DNA of 64,000 nt. Origin: Desulfobacterales bacterium (GTDB lineage Bacteria > Desulfobacterota > Desulfobacteria > Desulfobacterales > UBA5852). Below the pieces are notes generated by a model. That model made no database searches. It saw only the letters and a program-made list of their open reading frames with translations, and was not told the DNA's origin. Shown here one piece after another: positions 60,944 through 64,000 of the stretch (positions are counted from its first letter, which is position 1; every line of letters starts with the position of its first letter). The stretch spans positions 416,001 through 480,000 of the forward strand of contig CAXXVS010000001.1 in assembly GCA_963674755.2 (NCBI GenBank), written 5' to 3'. The translations under genes were made by a program, and so were the position numbers.

Positions 60944-62674
60944 ATGACCAGTGACCCCCATCACAATGAAAGCGCAAGCCGCGAAACATTGCCGCATCTG
61001 CGGAAGGAAATCCGCCGCCTGAAACAGGACCTGGATATTCTGTCGCAGCAGCATCGCACCTTGCAGCAGGCCTACGACCAGCGCATTCATGGGATGGGGG
61101 AAAACGGCAGCTCCGACCCGCAGAAGGCCCAGGCCCTCCAACTGGCCGAACTCATTATCGCGAACAGCCCGGCGATTTTATTCCGCCGTCTGGCCGCCGA
61201 TGACCCGAAACAGCGCAAGATGGTCTACGTTTCCCCCAACATTGCCCGTTTCGGCTACCGGGCGGAAGACTTCCTAAGTAGCCGGATCATGTTCCGCGAC
61301 ATTGTCTACGCGGAAGATTCCGAGCGCACCGTTAAGGAAATCGAGTCCTATGTCCGTCGCCATATCGAAGCCTATACCCAGGTCTATCGCATCGTCACCA
61401 AGGACGGCGACATCCGTTGGGTCGAGGACCGCACTTCGGTCGTGGACGACCCCCTCACGAGCCGACGCTATCATCAGGGCATCGTCATCGATATCCACCG
61501 GCGCAAAGAGGCGGAAGAAAAGCTGCGCAAGAGCGAGGAGAAGTATCGGCGGATCGTGGAAACCGCGGGGGAAGGCTTTCTGCTGCTAGACCAGGATCTG
61601 AAGATCGTGGATCTCAATTCGGCCTATGCCCGCATGGTGGGATGCCGGCGTGCCGCACTGATCGGTCAGAGCCCCTTTCAGAAGGATACCGACGTCTATG
61701 CGCAGTTCTGGCCCGGTCCGGAAGAATCCTCTCCCCAGCAGGATCTGCGCGAATTCGAAGGGGTCATCAAAACCTGCGACGGCCGCGCCAAACCGGTGCT
61801 GTTCCATGCCAACACGGTGCGCTCGGATGCGGGCCGGCTCATCGGGAAGATGGCCTTTGTGACGGATCTGACCGAACACAAAAAGGCTCTGGCCTTGGCC
61901 GCCGAGGTTCAGCGCAGCCTGCTGCCGGACCGCGCACCGCGCATTCCGGGCCTGGAAATTGCCGGACGCAACCAGCCCTGCGAGGAAATCGGGGGCGACT
62001 ACTTCGATTATTTATGGCAACCCGGCGCCGAGGACGGTCCCTTTTCGCTCGTGGTAGGCGACATCACCGGCCATGGCGTCGATTCGGCCCTGCTCATGTC
62101 CGGCGCCCGGGCCTTTTTGCGCATGCGCGCCTCCCAACCGGGCACCCTGGCCGACATTGTAGCCGCCATGAATCAGCACCTGACCGGGGACGTCTACGAA
62201 AGCGGCCGCTTCATGACCCTGTTCTACCTCACGATTGACGGTCAACGACGCAGCATCGAATGGATCCGGGCCGGCCATGATCCGGCCCTGGTTTTCGATC
62301 CGGAGCGGGACCGCTTCCAGGAACTCAAAGGGCCCGGCCTGGCCCTGGGTGTGGATCAGCACTACGTCTACCAGGTCCAGTCCGAGGTTGCCCTGCAACC
62401 CGGCCAGATCCTTCTGCTGGGTACGGACGGCATCTGGGAGGCGTGTAATGCCCAGGGGGAGATGTTCGGCAAGAAGCGTTTTGAATCGATGGTGCGGCAA
62501 AACGCCGGGGCCGGTGCCGCTGACCTGTTGGATGCGGTCTTCCAGGCCCTGGACGCGTTCTCCCACGGTGTGAAGCAGGCCGACGACATCACGCTCGTGG
62601 TCGTCAAGGTGCTGCCCAAAAAAACGGCCACCCGTTCTCCCGGCATCACCGCCGGCCGTCAACTCCCCATTTAG
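60944..62674 (+). CDS. PAS-PAS-SpoIIE (RsbU-like PP2C) phosphatase
   Basis: VQRSLLP, GGDYFD, GDITGHG, RAGH, TDGIWE, DDITLVV. Confidence 0.92.
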   Translation: MTSDPHHNESASRETLPHLRKEIRRLKQDLDILSQQHRTLQQAYDQRIHGMGENGSSDPQKAQALQLAELIIANSPAILFRRLAADDPKQRKMVYVSPNIARFGYRAEDFLSSRIMFRDIVYAEDSERTVKEIESYVRRHIEAYTQVYRIVTKDGDIRWVEDRTSVVDDPLTSRRYHQGIVIDIHRRKEAEEKLRKSEEKYRRIVETAGEGFLLLDQDLKIVDLNSAYARMVGCRRAALIGQSPFQKDTDVYAQFWPGPEESSPQQDLREFEGVIKTCDGRAKPVLFHANTVRSDAGRLIGKMAFVTDLTEHKKALALAAEVQRSLLPDRAPRIPGLEIAGRNQPCEEIGGDYFDYLWQPGAEDGPFSLVVGDITGHGVDSALLMSGARAFLRMRASQPGTLADIVAAMNQHLTGDVYESGRFMTLFYLTIDGQRRSIEWIRAGHDPALVFDPERDRFQELKGPGLALGVDQHYVYQVQSEVALQPGQILLLGTDGIWEACNAQGEMFGKKRFESMVRQNAGAGAADLLDAVFQALDAFSHGVKQADDITLVVVKVLPKKTATRSPGITAGRQLPI

Positions 62675-62849
62675 ATTGGCTCGGGCAGCCTCTTGCCCGA
62701 AGACAATTCCCCCGTTTGGCAAAACCGAAACCTTCCCACAAATCCTCTTCGGCCTGCGAAGAATGGAATCCCCTCGTTTATCGCGCTTTTTTTGAACCTT
62801 TCGGCCGGATCCCGCCACCAATCAGCAAACACTTCAAAGGAGGGTTTCA

Positions 62850-64000
62850 ATGGCAAGTTTCAAGATTGCTCCGAATAAGGTGGTTGGATTGACACTGACG
62901 CTGCTGGTGGGCCTGTCACTGAACGCGTTTGGCCAGCAGAAACAATTGCCCGCCGTCACTTTAAAGCAACCCCCCGCCAGGACGGTACAATCGGTCAAGC
63001 CCGGGGTGAGAACGACTGGGGCCTTGGCGGTCAAAGCAGCCGTGCCGGGGTTGAACGGCCTTACCCGGGCGGATGCCGAGAAAGCGTTGGCCAAAGCCGG
63101 TTTCCGGATCGGGATTGTCCAACACACCCCGAACGGCAAGGGGCGTCCGGGGACGGTAGTCAAACAAAGCCCTGACGCCAAGGCGCTGGCCGCCAAAGGC
63201 AGCGGGGTGAATATCTGGATTCTGACAAAGCGGGGCCCGGGTTTGCAGCGGGCTGCCCGGCCGGACGGATCCCAAAACCAGCCCCAACCCAGATTCCAGG
63301 CAGGCAAAAAGAAGCTTTGGATGACATTTCCCGGCACGGTGCCGGGGGTCGTCGTGTATGACAGCAAGGGGCAAATCCTGCAAACCTTCGGCCGTGGTCG
63401 GAAGTTCGACATTACCGAGAGCCTCCGCAAGACCAACGCCGGCCGAATTTATTGGGACATCGCCCCCAAGCCGGGCACCCAGGTGATGGCCATGCGCTGG
63501 GATCCGAAGGATCGTACACTCTTCAGTCTCGCCCAGTACCGCAACCTTATTCAGAAGTGGATCATCCCGGTGGACGACCGTGCCATGGCGGACAGTGAAC
63601 CCGGCAACGGCCTCATCGGCGGCGCGGCCCGGCTTGGTGTCGGCTATGTCAACGGTGAGGTTGGCGGCGGCGATGCCGCCGACTTCGGGCGGGTGACGGC
63701 CCTTGGCGCCGGCACGGGCACCCTGGTAAAGGTGGAAGTGGTCTCCGGCAGCGTAGCGCTGTACCTTTACGGCCCCACCCAGACCTATCTGGACGGCGGG
63801 AGCAGCCAGGTATGGATCGCTCTGGCGCCGAGCACCCCTTTCTTTTTTGAAGTCCGGCCCACCGGATCCACGGCCACGCCCTACCGCATTCGCATCTCCA
63901 AAAAGCAGTTGCATGATGCCTACGAGGCCAACGATACCCCGGCCCAGGCCAAAACACACAGCTCAGGCAGGGCTTTCCTGGGCAACCTCATCAACAGCAG
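62850..64000 (+). CDS. Secreted PASTA-domain protein, runs off right edge
   Basis: AGGAGG RBS, signal peptide, VPGLNGLTRADAEKALAKAGF...PGTVVKQSP...GSGVNIWI; DAYEANDT motif near the end. Confidence 0.8.
   Translation, partial: MASFKIAPNKVVGLTLTLLVGLSLNAFGQQKQLPAVTLKQPPARTVQSVKPGVRTTGALAVKAAVPGLNGLTRADAEKALAKAGFRIGIVQHTPNGKGRPGTVVKQSPDAKALAAKGSGVNIWILTKRGPGLQRAARPDGSQNQPQPRFQAGKKKLWMTFPGTVPGVVVYDSKGQILQTFGRGRKFDITESLRKTNAGRIYWDIAPKPGTQVMAMRWDPKDRTLFSLAQYRNLIQKWIIPVDDRAMADSEPGNGLIGGAARLGVGYVNGEVGGGDAADFGRVTALGAGTGTLVKVEVVSGSVALYLYGPTQTYLDGGSSQVWIALAPSTPFFFEVRPTGSTATPYRIRISKKQLHDAYEANDTPAQAKTHSSGRAFLGNLINS

Noticed and set aside
62834..63959. Minus-strand ORFs at the right end
   Set aside because: The real gene is the + strand PASTA protein from 62850

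Overview
GC-rich chromosomal window; gene content suggests a Desulfobacterales-like anaerobe (inference). Bases 1-~7510 are the right end of an integrated, phage-satellite-like element that appears to have inserted into yjbQ. It carries an RHH regulator, small hypotheticals, a DUF2213 head protease/scaffold gene with a nested internal start, a C4/CI-like antisense cloverleaf RNA, and a winged-helix Rep candidate followed by an AT-rich origin with four 11-bp inverted iterons. An IS1182-like element with a 6-bp target duplication splits a 98-aa gene inside it. The rest is host backbone: HsdR_N-like nuclease, MCP/CheW, tungsten AOR plus ferredoxin, FecR-OmpA-CHASE2 kinase, HU, YajD-like HNH, a PEP-CTERM gene under a sigma54 promoter and c-di-GMP-I riboswitch, glpD, a galT-like gene and a two-component pair. 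Further right are an unusual Mla locus (MlaF fused to a degenerate GGDEF domain, an embedded RsbW-like kinase, a convergent STAS gene), a ~430-nt densely structured ncRNA candidate, an OYE oxidoreductase, pxpABC, a Liv-type ABC operon with two apparent lesions, DUF1445/Hom/TPP-enzyme genes, gdhA, a PAS-SpoIIE phosphatase and a truncated PASTA protein. All family calls are by eye from motifs; no searches were run.
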